Shown one piece after another: positions 1 to 13,355 of a DNA stretch of 64,000 nt. Positions within the stretch are counted from its first letter, which is position 1, and every line of letters begins with the position of its first letter. Origin of the DNA: Felis catus (lineage: Eukaryota). The stretch lies in assembly GCF_018350175.1 (NCBI RefSeq), contig NC_058368.1:48858001-48922000 (forward strand). Direction: 5' to 3'. Below the pieces are notes generated by a model. That model saw only the letters and a program-made list of their open reading frames with translations. It was not told where the DNA came from and searched no databases. The position numbers were made by a program, and so were the translations under genes.

Positions 1-267
1 TTCTAAGATGAGACACTTTACTTCCCTAAGCAAATTTATGACCAACAGATAGTAAAAAAGTAAAAAGAAAAATAGTAGGATCACTTTGTATGTTTATATC
101 ACAGAGAATAAACACTTGTGAAGCAGAAAACCTCTTAAGAAAAAAGAATTGATGAATTGCATTTATAACAATAGTTGAATTTTTATTGCAAAAGAAAGTT
201 GCTTTCTCAATAATGAACACCACTTCCTGAAATATCTTTAAAAATTCATATCAAATTTTTTACCAAC

Positions 268-670
268 TATATTAGTTAAGGATGTGTTAGACTGCTAACC
301 ATAGGGCCCTAGAAAAGAGTGGCATAAAAAAGCAGGGTTAATTTTTCTCTAATGTGAAAGAAATCTGGAGATAGACAGCCAAGTATGATATGCATGGTAT
401 CATTCAGGATCCAGGCTCCTTCCAATTTTCTTTCAGAATATATGCTGTCTTCCACATTATTGCAAGATGGCTCTTGCCCCCATGAGCATGGCAACTAGCC
501 TCCAGCCAGGAAGAAGAGTGAAGGGCAAGGGGCAAAGAACTCGGAGTTAGTTCCTCTAAAAGAGCTTTTCTCGAATAACCTCCAAGCAATTTCATCAGTA
601 TCTTATTGGCTACAACTATGCTCCTTGACCAGCTCTAGCTGCAAAGGAGTCTGGACATGTAGTTTATATA
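268..670 (-). mobile_element. Old MaLR (MLT1-type) LTR relic
   Basis: Resembles MLT1 by eye (tatattagttaagg start, caagatggct, tcttattggc...tctagctgcaaaggagtctgg); boundaries approximate. Confidence 0.55.
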
Positions 671-3019
671 TGTATTTATTTTTTCTTGCTTATATTGTCA
701 ACACGAAGAAAAATCAGAGTCATAAAGAAAATTAGTGTATTGTTTTCTTTAACTTCTACTTATAATTATTGTCATTAAACAAATTCCTATCTAATCTACA
801 ACTTATTTTACTACCAATTTAACTGCTGATTTATAGATGGATCCCTAATTTAGTAAGTATTCATATAATGGCTAAATGTTCATATAGGATAATGTTCAGA
901 CTTGTTTTGTGTTTCTTTGGTGAAAATTCCTGCCATTGGCCACTCTTTTGGACTGTCACTGAAGAGTAAGGTTAAAAAATTTGGGAGGACACTATAACAT
1001 ATCTTAAAAATAATTGGATGGATTGAGAACCGACAGTATTAAACTTCAATGTTTTAAGTTGTACACATGATAGTTGCCATATTAAAGTATCTGAGAAAGG
1101 AATAGGTCTATGCATAAGGGCCTGAAGGTACGATTGTGGAGAATCAGTATGAAATTATGGAAAGGAGATGATAAAACTGATGTAGGATGGGATGTAGCAG
1201 AACCCTGTGGGTCATTTAGAGAATCTGGGAGTACAGAGCTGGAAGAAACAAGAATGGATTCTTCTTCCAATTGGGAGGGAAGTATTTAGAATATTTTGAA
1301 AAATTCAATCATAAATATTTAGAATGAGCTGTGTGTCTAAAAGGGAGAGTGAGTGACCCAAGGAATATTGTCAGATTGAAGTTCACAGAATTTGAGCAAA
1401 ATTTTCCTGAAGCCAAGACAAGGGGTTGATTTGTAGACAGAAAAGATCTAGATATGCCAGGTACCTGGATTTCTGAGCAAGATAAACCAGGTTGTGGCCA
1501 AGGAATAAAAGTAAAAGTGAATTTTTAAAAAAGATAGTAAACGCTAGGACTTAGGGAAGAGCTACATCTTGCTTTAAAATAAAGTAAACTGCGTCAGATG
1601 AGCCTAGGAAACCATGAATGCAGACTTCCTTTCCCCTTTGGAAGGGTGTGCTTTACTTGCATTCTTTCAAATAGTGTTCGTTTTAGTTTTTTCTTTTCTG
1701 CCTGGAAATATCTAAAGATAAACATAATCACTAGGTAGTCATTACAGAATTCCTTACTTTGTGGCATACAGCTGTGATGCAACTAGAGAAATTATGTCAG
1801 ATTTTGTTTGTTTGAAAAATGAGACAATGTGAAGCTTATTAAATATGAACATATGATTCTTTAAGGTGTAAATAATACAGTAACATCCCTTCTACCCTCC
1901 ATAAAAGCAATTTATATTTTTTTCTCCTTAGGCTCATTTTTTCCTTGGTAAACGTATCTGTACTGCCTTGAAAAATGATTAGAATTGACTTAATGTTAAT
2001 CTATTCCTGTAACATAGTTTTGATATCCAGCTTTTTCCTTGAGCATGTACAGATCTTTTTGTCCCCCATATTTGTGAAATTTCCTCTTTACATCAGATCT
2101 TTGCAATGGCTGTGTTCAATTCTGTTATATTCTAATAGAATTGTATCTGATATTTGCTAAAATCTGAATGATTGGTGCTCAATAAAAACAGTATAATAAC
2201 AATAATAATCCTAAATGATTTATGTGAATTAGAAAACATACTCCCACTGTAACTGAAAAGCAAACTTGGAATATCTTTGGCCTTTCATAGGATTGATAAA
2301 TTATCTTCAGACTTGCAGTTTTATGGGAAAAGTGAAGATCACCCAAAGGATTTCAAATATCATAGGGATTATGTAATGCGTGGCAGCTGGTGGGTTGAAG
2401 ACAGAGTATCCCACCCTAATGCTTACTAAGACACTGATTTCGTTTGGGTAATAAGGGGTATTTCTAAGTATTATCTCAATGAGATAAGGTGACGTTACCC
2501 TAGGTTGAATCCATAGCACATGAAGCACAATGAACTGATCAAACAGTAAAGTATCAGTAAAAATAGAAGGCTGAGCATGAACTTAAACAATGTGCATCTT
2601 GGAGGCATGCACCAACAATCATCTTACTTTGACAAAAATCTCTTCTGTGGTAAAGTCCTCCAGGGAATGTGATTATACCACTTCCTTCTTTTCTCAGTAC
2701 CAATGTTTACAAATCTTCTTGTAAGAAAATACTTTTTTATATTTAACCTAAATCCCTATGTGGAAGCTTAAGCCCACTACTTCCTCTTCCAGTTTTAGTG
2801 AAGATGTAATACAGCTGCAGCTTCCAGATGGTTCTTTAAAAAAAAAAAAAAAAAAGACCTAAGGCTTATTTACATATAATCAGCTCAGCTATCCCCTTTC
2901 TCTAGCCCCATCAACAAGAAAAAAAGATTGCATTGCCTCCTCTTACATTCCTATTCCCTCTAAGGTTGCACATTACCATTTTATTTTATCTTTGTAGTTA
3001 AATCTTTCCACCTGTCCCT

Positions 3020-4460
3020 AATTATTTCCTTATGACCAATTTCCAGAAGTGAAATTCCTGGGTCAAAAGGTAAGCATATTTTCAATATTTTTTTGATTTA
3101 TATTGCCAACTGACTCTTGAGATAGATGTTTATTTATGCATCTACTGGCTGTGCAGCAAACAAAACGTTTCTTCTCACTGTTGCCAATGTGTATTATCAC
3201 TCTTTTTATCTTTGCCAATTGGTGACTCGTTATTTTAGTTTTCGCTTCTTTTCTTACAATGAGGTTAAGCTTTTGTTTTTTCATATTTGCTGGTAATTTG
3301 TTTTTATGTGTGTGTAAGAATTCTGTTTTCTATTCCTTTGCCTGTTTCAATATTGGCATTTCTCGTTTGTAATAAGTTTTTCTAGGAAAGACAATAACCT
3401 TTCTTTGCATGTTACCCATATAGTTCTTCCACTTTTTGCTTGCTATTTTATTCTACTTGTCAAATTTGGAAGAAGCAGATGTTTAAAATTTTTAATGTAG
3501 CAAAACTGATAAATCAGTAATTTGTGAGGCTTGTGAAGGAGTCTGTTCATACCCGCAAGATTATATAAATATTCACTTATATTTTCTTTCTTAGAACTCT
3601 TATAATTTCAGAGAAGTAAGGGAAGGCATCACAGAGAAGGTGACATCTGAGCAAAGATCTGACAGAGTTAAAGAGGGGGCCATATGCATATTTTGGGGAG
3701 AAACATTCCAGGCAAAGAGAACCACAAATGCAAGAATCTTGTAATTGGAACTTTTGTGTATGGTTTGAGGGCCAGCAACGAGGCCAGTGTGTTTGAGGTA
3801 GAATGACTGAAGGGGTAGAAAACACTGGCCATGTTGCATAGGGCTTTCAAGCTCACCATAAATCCTTTATTCTGAGAGAAATGGGAACATTGCGGGAGGA
3901 GGGTTTAATCGCAGAAGTCACGTGACCTGAGCTTCATTCTAACAGGATTCCTCTTTATTCTTTAATAGTTCAATCAGTTGATTCAAATTATTTATCGAAT
4001 CTTTTTTCCCGGATGGAGAGGTTATTCTTTTTGATATAATTTATATAAATTATTAAATTGTTAAGGATGCTTAGCGTTAATATAAATTAATCTAATGTGG
4101 AACTTTCATTTTGTTTGCTTTAATCTCTTGACTTTCTCTTGCATAAATAAAACACTGTTTTAATTGTTGTACATTAAAGTACATTTAAAGTCTGATTGAG
4201 CAGATTCCTTTTTATTACTGTTTTCTCAAATTTTTCTTGCCTGTTTTTGGTCATTTTTTTTCTATATATAAACTTTAATGTTATAATCAAGTTACTAAAA
4301 TTCATTGGCTTTGGATGTGTGAATAAACTGCCTGGATTATTTTTGAGCAAGAATTGAAATCTGTGCAATACTGTCTTTCAGTAATTTAAGCTTCATTTAA
4401 AACTTTTTCATCAGGTTTTGTAATTTATCACATCCAGGTCTTGTACATTTCTTGTTCTCT
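3020..4460 (-). mobile_element. Ancient degraded L1 (L1M-type) 3' region, interrupted by an L2 fragment
   Basis: Motifs such as ccagaagtgaaattcctgggtcaaaagg and T-rich decayed ORF2-like sequence at 4180-4440; no intact ORF. Confidence 0.55.
3610..3950 (-). mobile_element. L2 LINE fragment
   Basis: ggaaggcatcacagagaaggtgacatctgagcaaagatct...aacattccaggcaaagagaa, typical antisense L2 3' region. Confidence 0.65.
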
Positions 4461-4481
4461 CTTAAGTTTGTTCTATAGTTT

Positions 4482-4696
4482 AAAAAATTTTTTTTCACCG
4501 TTTATTTATTTTTGAGACAGAGAGAGAGCATGAACAGGGGAGGGGCAGAGAGAGAGGGAGACACAGAATCTGAAACAGGCTCCAGGCTCTGAGGGGTCAG
4601 CACAGAGCCCGACGCGGGGCTCAAACTCACGGGCCGTGAGATCATGACCTGAGCCGAAGTCAGAGGCTCAACCGACCAAGCCACCCAGGTGCCCCG
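4482..4696 (-). mobile_element. Can-SINE (feliform SINEC)
   Basis: Full body with (CT)n and A tail on - strand; perfect 17-bp TSD agtttgttctatagttt at 4465-4481 and 4697-4713. Confidence 0.97.
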
Positions 4697-4844
4697 AGTT
4701 TGTTCTATAGTTTTAAGACACACTGATGTTTACGTTAACCTAATTTCAGTATTATAAAAAATAGTGTTTTCTTAAGGAACTATTACATGGATGACTTCTG
4801 TTTTCTTGCACTTTGTTCTCAAAGACATCTTGGTACTGGGAAGA

Positions 4845-5035
4845 AGGCAAGCTCTTTGATTTTGAACAGGTCTGGATTTGAATCTTGATTCTGCCACATA
4901 TATAGCCTTGAAAAGTTTACTTTATTTGATTGAGTCTGTTTCCTCAATGGTATCATGATAATAATCCCTGATAGGGCTTATATGGAGATTAAATGAGGTA
5001 AGTGAACATAGGATATAACAGTCATTCAGTACATT
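4845..5035 (+). mobile_element. MIR SINE relic
   Basis: tctggatttgaatcttgattctgccac...tgtttcctca...gagattaaatgag core. Confidence 0.6.
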
Positions 5036-5298
5036 TTTATTTTTTGACTTTTCTAGTGATTCATATTTTCCTCCTAACCTTGCAGTTCATATTTAATCTT
5101 CACAGGGCAGATAAGATACACCATGAAAGGTAGATGGCGTTTCTATCTGCTGCTTGAAGGGCTGCCTCTCCAGAGCCTCCACACTTCATTTTTCCCTCTA
5201 CTTTCTTAGTCTTATATGAACTAGTTCTACCTAAATCATTTTAAACATTAGTAAATAATATCCTGTGAAATTATCTTTTGTGACAGAAGGCAGCTTCT

Positions 5299-5524
5299 TT
5301 TTTATTCTTTAAAGTTTTTTTAATGTTTATTTCTTTTTTGAGAGAGAGACAGAGTATGAGTGGGGAGGAGCAGAGAGAGAGGGAGACACAGAATCCGAAG
5401 CAGGCTCCGGGCTCTGAGCTGTCAGCACAGAGCCCGACACGGGGCTCGAACCCACGAAGTGAACTGTGAGGTCATGGCCTGAGCTGAAGTCGGACGCTCA
5501 ACCGATGGAGCCACCCAGGCACCC
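5299..5524 (-). mobile_element. Can-SINE
   Basis: Full body; TSD tgacagaaggca(g/a)cttct at 5281-5298 and 5525-5542. Confidence 0.97.
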
Positions 5525-6268
5525 TGACAGAAGGCAACTTCTAAAACGTGGCATTCCAATGGTCTCTGTCATGTCACTTCACTAAAATAACTTTCTATTG
5601 CCAACAACTGAGAGAACGATCAGGGACATCTCCGAGATAGATTTTACTACCATGAAATGACAACCTTGTCTTTCTCATATTTTCTGAAGTAGCATCCATA
5701 TCGGAAAGACACAAGAGCTGACCATTTGAATGGATAAAAAAGGGATATGACAGAATTAGGGAATTTGAGGTATCAACTATCTATACAGAGTAGATAACTA
5801 TCCATTTTCTTTAACCCAGTTGGCTTGACACATCCAAACCTATCTTTCAGCCTATTCTATTTAGTTCTCCTCCAGCTGGCTTTTTCTCCATAGTTGAGCC
5901 TAGTCTTTTCCTCTCATGATTTTACCTTTAAATCCCGTTCTCAGGGTGAGCTAATTCTCTTTTGCTTGCAAAGTTGATGATTGGAGAAGCAAAGTCCTTT
6001 TTATGTCTGGAAAATAAATCTGCTCTATACACTTCAGGTAGACACTGCCCTCTTCATTAGATTTGACCCCTGATTTGGCAGCATCCCATGGATGATGCCT
6101 ATAGCCATGCCCTTGATTGGCCTCTGGTGTGTTTCCCAGTCTACTCTCCTTGAATAATCTTCATGTTTTCTGTTTCAGGGCCTGCCAGAGGCCTAATGGC
6201 TCAGCCTCTCCAATCTCATTGCGGTTCTTCTCTTGCTCTCTGTTCTCGTGTACTATGAAATGAGTATA

Positions 6269-6480
6269 GGGGCACCTGGGTGGCTCAGTCGGTTAGTCAA
6301 GCGTCCGACTCTTGGTTTTGGCTCAGGTCATGATCTCATGGTTTTGTGAGTTTGAGCCCCATGTTGGGCTCTGTGCTGGCAGAGGGGGACTTGCCTGGGA
6401 TTCTCTCTCTGCTCCCCACCCCCACTTGCACTGTCTTTGCCTCTCTTCAAATAAATAAACTTAAAAAAAATTTTTTTAAA
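6269..6480 (+). mobile_element. Can-SINE
   Basis: ggggcacctgggtggctcagtcggtt head, caggtcatgatctc, aaataaataaac plus A tail. Confidence 0.95.
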
Positions 6481-7795
6481 GGATTATACATACTTCACAT
6501 TGCCATCTATAGTATGGTCATTTCTTTCGTTTCTGGAGGCTAACTACATCTTTTCATCACTACACTATTTTCCCTGCTATTATACTTTTCCCCAGTTCTG
6601 TTGGTCTAGATTCGTACCTAGTGGACTGATATAAATCTGACTTGGCCCATGTCATATATGATCATGTCAGTGAAGTCTCCTTGATCTATCCAAAATGATG
6701 TGGCTCCTCTCTCATTCACATTCTTGTAATTCTTTTTACTTCTTCCCAGGTAGTTGTGGTATTCTCCCTTGTATTATCTGGCAAGTACTTAGTGCTAACT
6801 ATGTACCAGTTATGATACTAGGTACTGAGAGTGCAAAAATGAACACGACAAGAGTATACCATTAGGAATACCAAAGTGGGCAGAGAGGCATATAAAATAT
6901 TATATTGCAACAAAAATATTATCTTGAAACAAATATAGCTCAGGGGATGTAATTATAAAACAGCTGTGATTGTTTCCCAGAGCTCCTTAAAATGCGCTTT
7001 GTAGGGCTAGTCCTTCCTCTTCTCCTGGATGAAAACCAAACTATAACTTAGGATTCTATCTTAAGGCATAAAACCTTCTCTTAATGTAGTAATTATAATG
7101 TCCTATCCCAAGAAATGTCACCACCAACCCTCTACCTCCTCTTATTTAATGGAAAATGGAATTTCTTTCCTCTTTTGGGTCTGGTGGGAGAGAAAAGTAG
7201 GAGAGATAGGTTGGGGCAAGCTGTTCCTTCCACTGCTTTGTTACCATTGTGGGCTATGTAGTGCTGCTCTTTGGTCCTGATGAATGCTTAATATTAGCAC
7301 TTTCTTTTACAGGTGCTCTTGTGGGTTCTTTGGAGCCCTTCCACTCCTCCAACTTCCCAACTTTACCAGTATTCCTTCCCTTGCCTCACTCAATAGTTGA
7401 GGACTTCTGTGCTTGTTTGGGCTGGTTATGTCCTATTCACTGGTGACAACTGCCAGTTTCTCTTTGTTCCTATTTTGGGTAACTTTCTAGGCCAGGACCC
7501 TAGATGATCCCACATAATTATTCTTTCACTCATTTGGCCACATCTGTTCCAATGGAAGCTTTCATTCATTCATTTCTTATTCCCTCTCTTCCATCCCCCT
7601 AGCCTCACTCCAGTAAATATTGGGTTTACGTACTGATCTCAGTTCAACAACAACTGCTTCATTTCTTCCACAAAGAACCTTCCAGCCCACCTCTTGCACT
7701 TTACATTCCCAAGCAAGACTCAGGTGCTGGTCCCCAGTAGTATAGGACATGTATTGAATCCTTCCACTTGTCCCTTTAAAACTCTGTCTTTTTCA

Positions 7796-7879
7796 GGGTG
7801 CCTGAGTGACTCAGTTGGTTGAGCATCTGACTCTTTTTTTTTTTTATGTTTAATTTTGGTAGGGAGGGAGGGAGGGAGG

Positions 7880-7916
<37 letters not shown>

Positions 7917-8250
7917 TGTGAGCAGGGGAGGGGCAGAGAGAGGGAGACACAGAATCTAAGGCAGGCTCCAGGCTCTGAGCTGTCAGCACAGAGCCTGACA
8001 TGGGGCTCAAACCCACGGACCATGAGATCATGACCTGAGCTGCAGTTGGACGCTTAACCAACTAAGCCACTCAGGCGCCCCTCATCTGACTCTTGATTTT
8101 GGCGCAGGTCATGATCCCAGGGTGGTGGGATCAAGCCCCTCATCGAGCCCCATGTCGAGCCCTGTGCTGAGTATGGGCTTAAGATTCTCTCTCTCCTCCT
8201 CTACCCCCACCCAAAACAAAACAAAACAAATCAAAACAAAACAAAACCCT
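7796..8250 (+). mobile_element. Older Can-SINE split by a second SINE
   Basis: Head at 7796-7835 resumes at 8083; (CAAAA)n tail; flanked by aactctgtctt on both sides. Confidence 0.88.
7836..8082 (-). mobile_element. Can-SINE nested antisense in another SINE
   Basis: Full body; TSD catctgactctt at 7824-7835 and 8083-8094. Confidence 0.95.
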
Positions 8251-11200
8251 CAACTCTGTCTTCTTACTTGAGATAGAAAGTGAGAACCACAGTCTCCCCC
8301 TATAGCTTTCTCCAAAAATCTTTTCCATATCCACTATCACTTTTCTGAGCTCTTCCTAAATTTTTAAAGGTACACTGTCACCTCAGGGTCACAACACTTA
8401 TTTTCTGCCATTCTAATTTTTCAAATCTTGCTTTGAAATATAGTATCTGTAGTTTTCATACTTCTGCTAAAACAGAGATAGGGAATCTCATTTTAATTCC
8501 CAACTACATAATTATATTATTATTAAGGAGGAATGCTTATTCCTTGGTCCTTCTTATTTCCATGGTCAGGAGATGACTTTAGCTGCTTTCTCCAGGAAAG
8601 GGCAGTCCATCTTTTCCCCCTGCCGCCCAAGGAGCTCTGGTGGTGTCAACACTGATTGGTGAAACTGGAGACAGCCCATACCATTTGCTATGCTGGTGGT
8701 GAGGTTACCCGGCCTGAACAGTTCTATACTTACTCTTCTTCCTGGACATATCTGTCCTTGACATCCCTGGGAAAGAGTCTCTGCCATCACAGCACTGGGA
8801 TTTTAAATCACGATGGGAGGTAGGAAGTCTCACTATACTCCTTAAGTTAGTTGATACTAGAACAGCTTTGGTGCTTAGGCTCTTGGCTAGAACTCTGGAT
8901 AGAAGATATGTTAACCAACATCCTGAACCTAACTCTTCACATTGGGAAAGTATGACCTACTTTTTGGTGGGTAAGAAAAATATTTTTTCTAAACAGTAAT
9001 TCAGTATCTCTCACAACAGTTTGAAAGAAATAGAAATTTTGTTGAGATTTTCTTTAGTCATAAGTGCTTTTTGAGGAAAATAATCAAAATGTTGAACAAG
9101 CACGGAGATGGCAACATCAGGTCTGTAACCAATGAATAAAAGGGTGGATGACATTATAGTCTGATAGTTTAGCTGTAATGAAAACACGTAGCATAGGGAA
9201 ATACCTTAGGGGCTGTTATATACTAGGCTCAATAGAGTAAGAGCATAGAGTACATAATGGGCTTTGTCAAGCATTGTTAAGCTTGTTTGGTCTCAGATTT
9301 TAAGGACCCTTAAATTCCATGTTAAGAAGCTTGGACTTATTCTCCTGGGCAGAGAAAATGCAAGGCTTGGGCCAATATATGGGAACAGATGAAAGTCTCT
9401 GAAAGCTGAGTGATGGACAAGGATATTATTTTAAGTCCAGAACACCAGACATGTTGGATGTCATTGGTGTGGACAATGGGATAAGGAATGGATTTTAGCA
9501 GGAATGTTTCTTGCTACCATCCACTGTGGATACCTCTGGGGTTGAGAGTGGGGCTATAAACCTTCTTTTTAAATTTATCCTGCATGGCTGGTAAGAATAT
9601 TAGCAATTGTTACCATTTATTAAATGCCTACTGTATGTCATATAAATAATTACCGATCCTCACAATGCTGTATGTCATTCTCATGTTTCCTTCCTTTCTT
9701 CCTTTACAGTGAAGAAAGTTGTCCAAGTTTCCAAAGCACGATGTCAGCCTGGTATATCTAGTGTCCTTTTTGGTTGGAGACTCTGATTCCCAACTTCGTC
9801 TCTGCTACCCCCCCCCCCCCCCCCCCGCCCCAGTACTGAAGTCTCTGAAATAAGTGAAAATAGGCTCACTAACTTAAATCTGTTCCTGACAAAAGCTGTG
9901 GTCAGGGAAGTGAGCTTGCATTACCTGATTGACTCTTTAAGTACTACAAAAATACACCTGGGAAGTTTACAAGTCTGTATTCGGATTGTATCGCATGCTA
10001 GTGAAAACTGACACTGCAGGCCTGGTGGGAAAGGCTGATGAAAGAGACATGATGGAGAAGCTGATCTGGGGATCAAAACATGATATCTGGTCACATTATC
10101 TAGTTTTCTGCAAGTTGTTGATAGAAAGTGCCTTAGTACATGGGGTGAGGGGTGAGGCTTAACAGTGGAAGAGCCTTTGGTTTGTAGTCCGTTGTGAGAA
10201 TCATAGAAAACCCTGTTCTGTGGACACTCATCGCCACTCTTTTCCCTAGCAGACTTTTGAAAACAGATCTAATTGTGTGTAGAAACCCACGTTCACACTT
10301 TCTGGCCAAATACTGTACCATAAAAAACTGAGAACATAGGGGAAAATAAATTCAACTGCAGACCAACTTTCTCTGAAGTCACAATCGGAGAGACACTGCT
10401 TCTTAGAAGTCTCGTTCTTCCTCCAACGACTGACAGCGACGTAAAATCTATCTGTGATCCATTAGTAACTGGTCATTATCCTTCTCCTCGACTTCTACCT
10501 CCCACATTCTGGTATGTCCCTATTTCACTGTATTTTATTGTTCTGCCCATGTCTTTCTTTTTTTCTTTTTTAACTTTCTCCATTTTAGGAATGATTTTTA
10601 AAGCTTTCTTCTCTGTTTTTTGAAAAGTGTCATCTCAAGAAGCCTGCATAGTTTCTCACACTTCAGAAGTTATCCTGGTAGAAATGTTAAATGCTGGGGA
10701 TGCTATTTGTCCTCCATTCTGTGATGCTAAAGTACTTTTGCAACGACTGTCATCAGAGGAAAAGGTGGCCCCTCTTTCTCTCAAAACCTTGAGACAGTAA
10801 GAATTAAGACATAAGAGATGTTGAAGTATTTTGGCATGACAAGCAGAGATGAAAGGCATTTAGAAGTTGGACTTGAATATACTTATTAGTCAAAGAAAAT
10901 CAGATCTTATCTTAAAGAATAAAGTAAGTGCTAGGTTATTTATTTTGTTGTAAAATACATTAAATTGATTTTAATTGAATACAATTTCTAAACACATTTA
11001 CAAAATTAGCTAGAATCTAAGTTTAGAAGCAGATGAGTGTTTTCTTCTGTCAAGGTAATGGAACGAGGCTATAAGAGGAATAGTGTCAAAATATGTACAA
11101 ACTCAATGGCCCCCATAAATCAATTTTTGATCTACGTCCTTGGTCGTAAGGCAGTCTCCATTTTAGAAGATTGTTGCAATCTTCTTGGTGGGTATAGAAA

Positions 11201-12308
11201 ATATTTTTCCTGTACAGTAATTCAATATATCTCACAAAAATTTGAAATAAATGGAAACTTTGTTGACATTTTCTTCAGACAGACGTAAAATTGTTCCTCC
11301 TAAACATTGCTAGCTTCTGCAACCGAGAGATTTCCTTAAAAATTCTTGTCAGCAAGCGTTCCTTTCTGCCTTCACAAACAATGTCCTTTTCATGCACGTA
11401 CTACCAGAAGCACAGCTCAGCCACTGAACACCTGGGACCATCTCAAAGTTCAGCCCAGCCAACCTTAGTCAGCTCAGTCAATTACTGGAGGAGATTGGCG
11501 GAGGTGGGGTGGTACCTGCCATTTGACCACAGTCCTGGCAAGCATGACTCAGTTTCTAATGGCAACAAGCTCAAAGCTCCTCTGTGGGGAAGCTTTATAA
11601 TTAAATGTTAAAATAAAAGTGCTTTTCTAGGAAGGAACAAATTTCTTTCCCAAATCCTAACTTAATATGGGTTTTCAGAGCTCATAGCTTAGTAGAAAAT
11701 TCAGCCTTCAGATTCTGCACATTTAAGCAGGTAGTATGTGATTAAGAAGCTGCCATGGTGGCAAGTCTTCTAAATCCAGTGCTTTTGTTTGCCACATGTA
11801 TGGTTTATGAACGTGGGCAATTGGATGTCTGTATTCTCTCCATGTTAATACAATACATTATCATTAGCATTTGCGCGAATTCACCCTGCAAGGATGGGTA
11901 CGGAGAGGGTGAAGTATGCCGATGGTCTGAGTTTCCCTAGGGCTATAGGGTGATGATGTTAAGATCCTTGTGCACCAACCTGGCCTCGGTGTGATGGAGG
12001 TGTCTCTCCTGGGATGCAGTGTGATGGAAATTCAGATCTATGGGTGACTGCACAACAGCATGAACCAACGGATAGAAATGAACCAGACAGCCAAAAATGA
12101 ATGGAAAAGGTAATGACAAAAGTATGATTCTCAGAAAGTGAGGACCTTCATTATGGTTTCAGTTCCATTCTTGAACATTGTGTGACTTGGGACAAGGCGT
12201 TTAACTTCTCTGGTTCCCAGTTTCTCTGTTGAGCATGTTTGCACAATATGATTCACATGGTATTTTATAATTCTAACATCCTAGTGTTCTGTTATCTCTA
12301 CCACTAAT

Positions 12309-12540
12309 TTTTTTTAAAGATTCTTAAAAAATATTTTTTAACATTTATTTATTTTTGAGAGACAGGAGAGAGAACACAAGTGGAGGAGGGGTAGAGAGTG
12401 AGGGAGACATAGAATCTGAAGCAGACTCCAGGCTCTGAGCTGTTAGCAGAGAGCCTGATGTGGGGCTTGAACCCACGAACTGTGATATCATGACCTGAGC
12501 TGAAGTTGGACGCTTAACCAACAGAGCTACCGAGGTGCCC
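12309..12540 (-). mobile_element. Can-SINE
   Basis: Full body; TSD ctctaccactaat at 12296-12308 and 12541-12553. Confidence 0.96.
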
Positions 12541-13194
12541 CTCTACCACTAATGTTATTATTTTAATATGTTCATAGATTGTATTATAGCAAAACACAAA
12601 TGTGTCTTGATTTTTGATGATACATGATAATGATTTAGTAAGATTAGTTAAAAAGTGGCCAAACAGAATGACTTACAATTCACAAAGTTCTCCTCCCTTG
12701 AAAACTAACAATATGCACATATGTTCCCAACCTACCCAGCTGGAGATACCAGAGGAAATGTAGACTACAACCTGTACGGAAAAACCTGTTCTTGTAAATC
12801 AGCTAAGCTGGTTACAGAGTGTCTTCCAAAAATTCAAGACTATGTTGTTATAATACTTAGTATATACTTTCAATGGTTGCTTCATGAATATTCTAATATA
12901 AACCAGATGCTTTCCTTTGATTAATAAAACTACTAGGAAAACATTATTGGCATAATCCAAAACTTATGTGAAAGCCTCATTGCTATTACCCACTGAGCCA
13001 TAATTTGGAAAAGAGAAAAAAGTAAAAATGCATATAAATCCAATGGAATAACCCAAGAGTTTTGCATTAATAAATCACAGAAATCAATTCATCCAGACAA
13101 GACGTAAACTAAAGATTCATACTGTGTTTGCATGTGGACCACTCCTTCACAGGTGTTTTGAGTTTTTGCTAATTAATAAGAGAACATATGTTAA

Positions 13195-13355
13195 TGGTAG
13201 ACTGAGCACTGGGCTGAAAGTCAGGGGAATTTGGATTTTATTTTGGATTCTCCCATTTTTTACTCCATGACTCTATTCTCAAACCCCGTGCCACTGTTTC
13301 CACATCTGTTACAATAGGGATAACAATATTCACTTGACCAATGTGAGATTAAATC
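13195..13355 (+). mobile_element. MIR SINE relic
   Basis: gagcactgggctgaaagtcagg...ctgtttccacatctgt...gtgagattaaat. Confidence 0.55.

Noticed and set aside
3917..3926. Perfect GTCACGTGAC (CLEAR/USF E-box) palindrome
   Set aside because: Isolated motif inside an L2 relic with no supporting context.
9680..10620. Polypyrimidine-AG acceptor-like sites near 9709 and 10588
   Set aside because: No convincing paired donor or recognisable coding frame.
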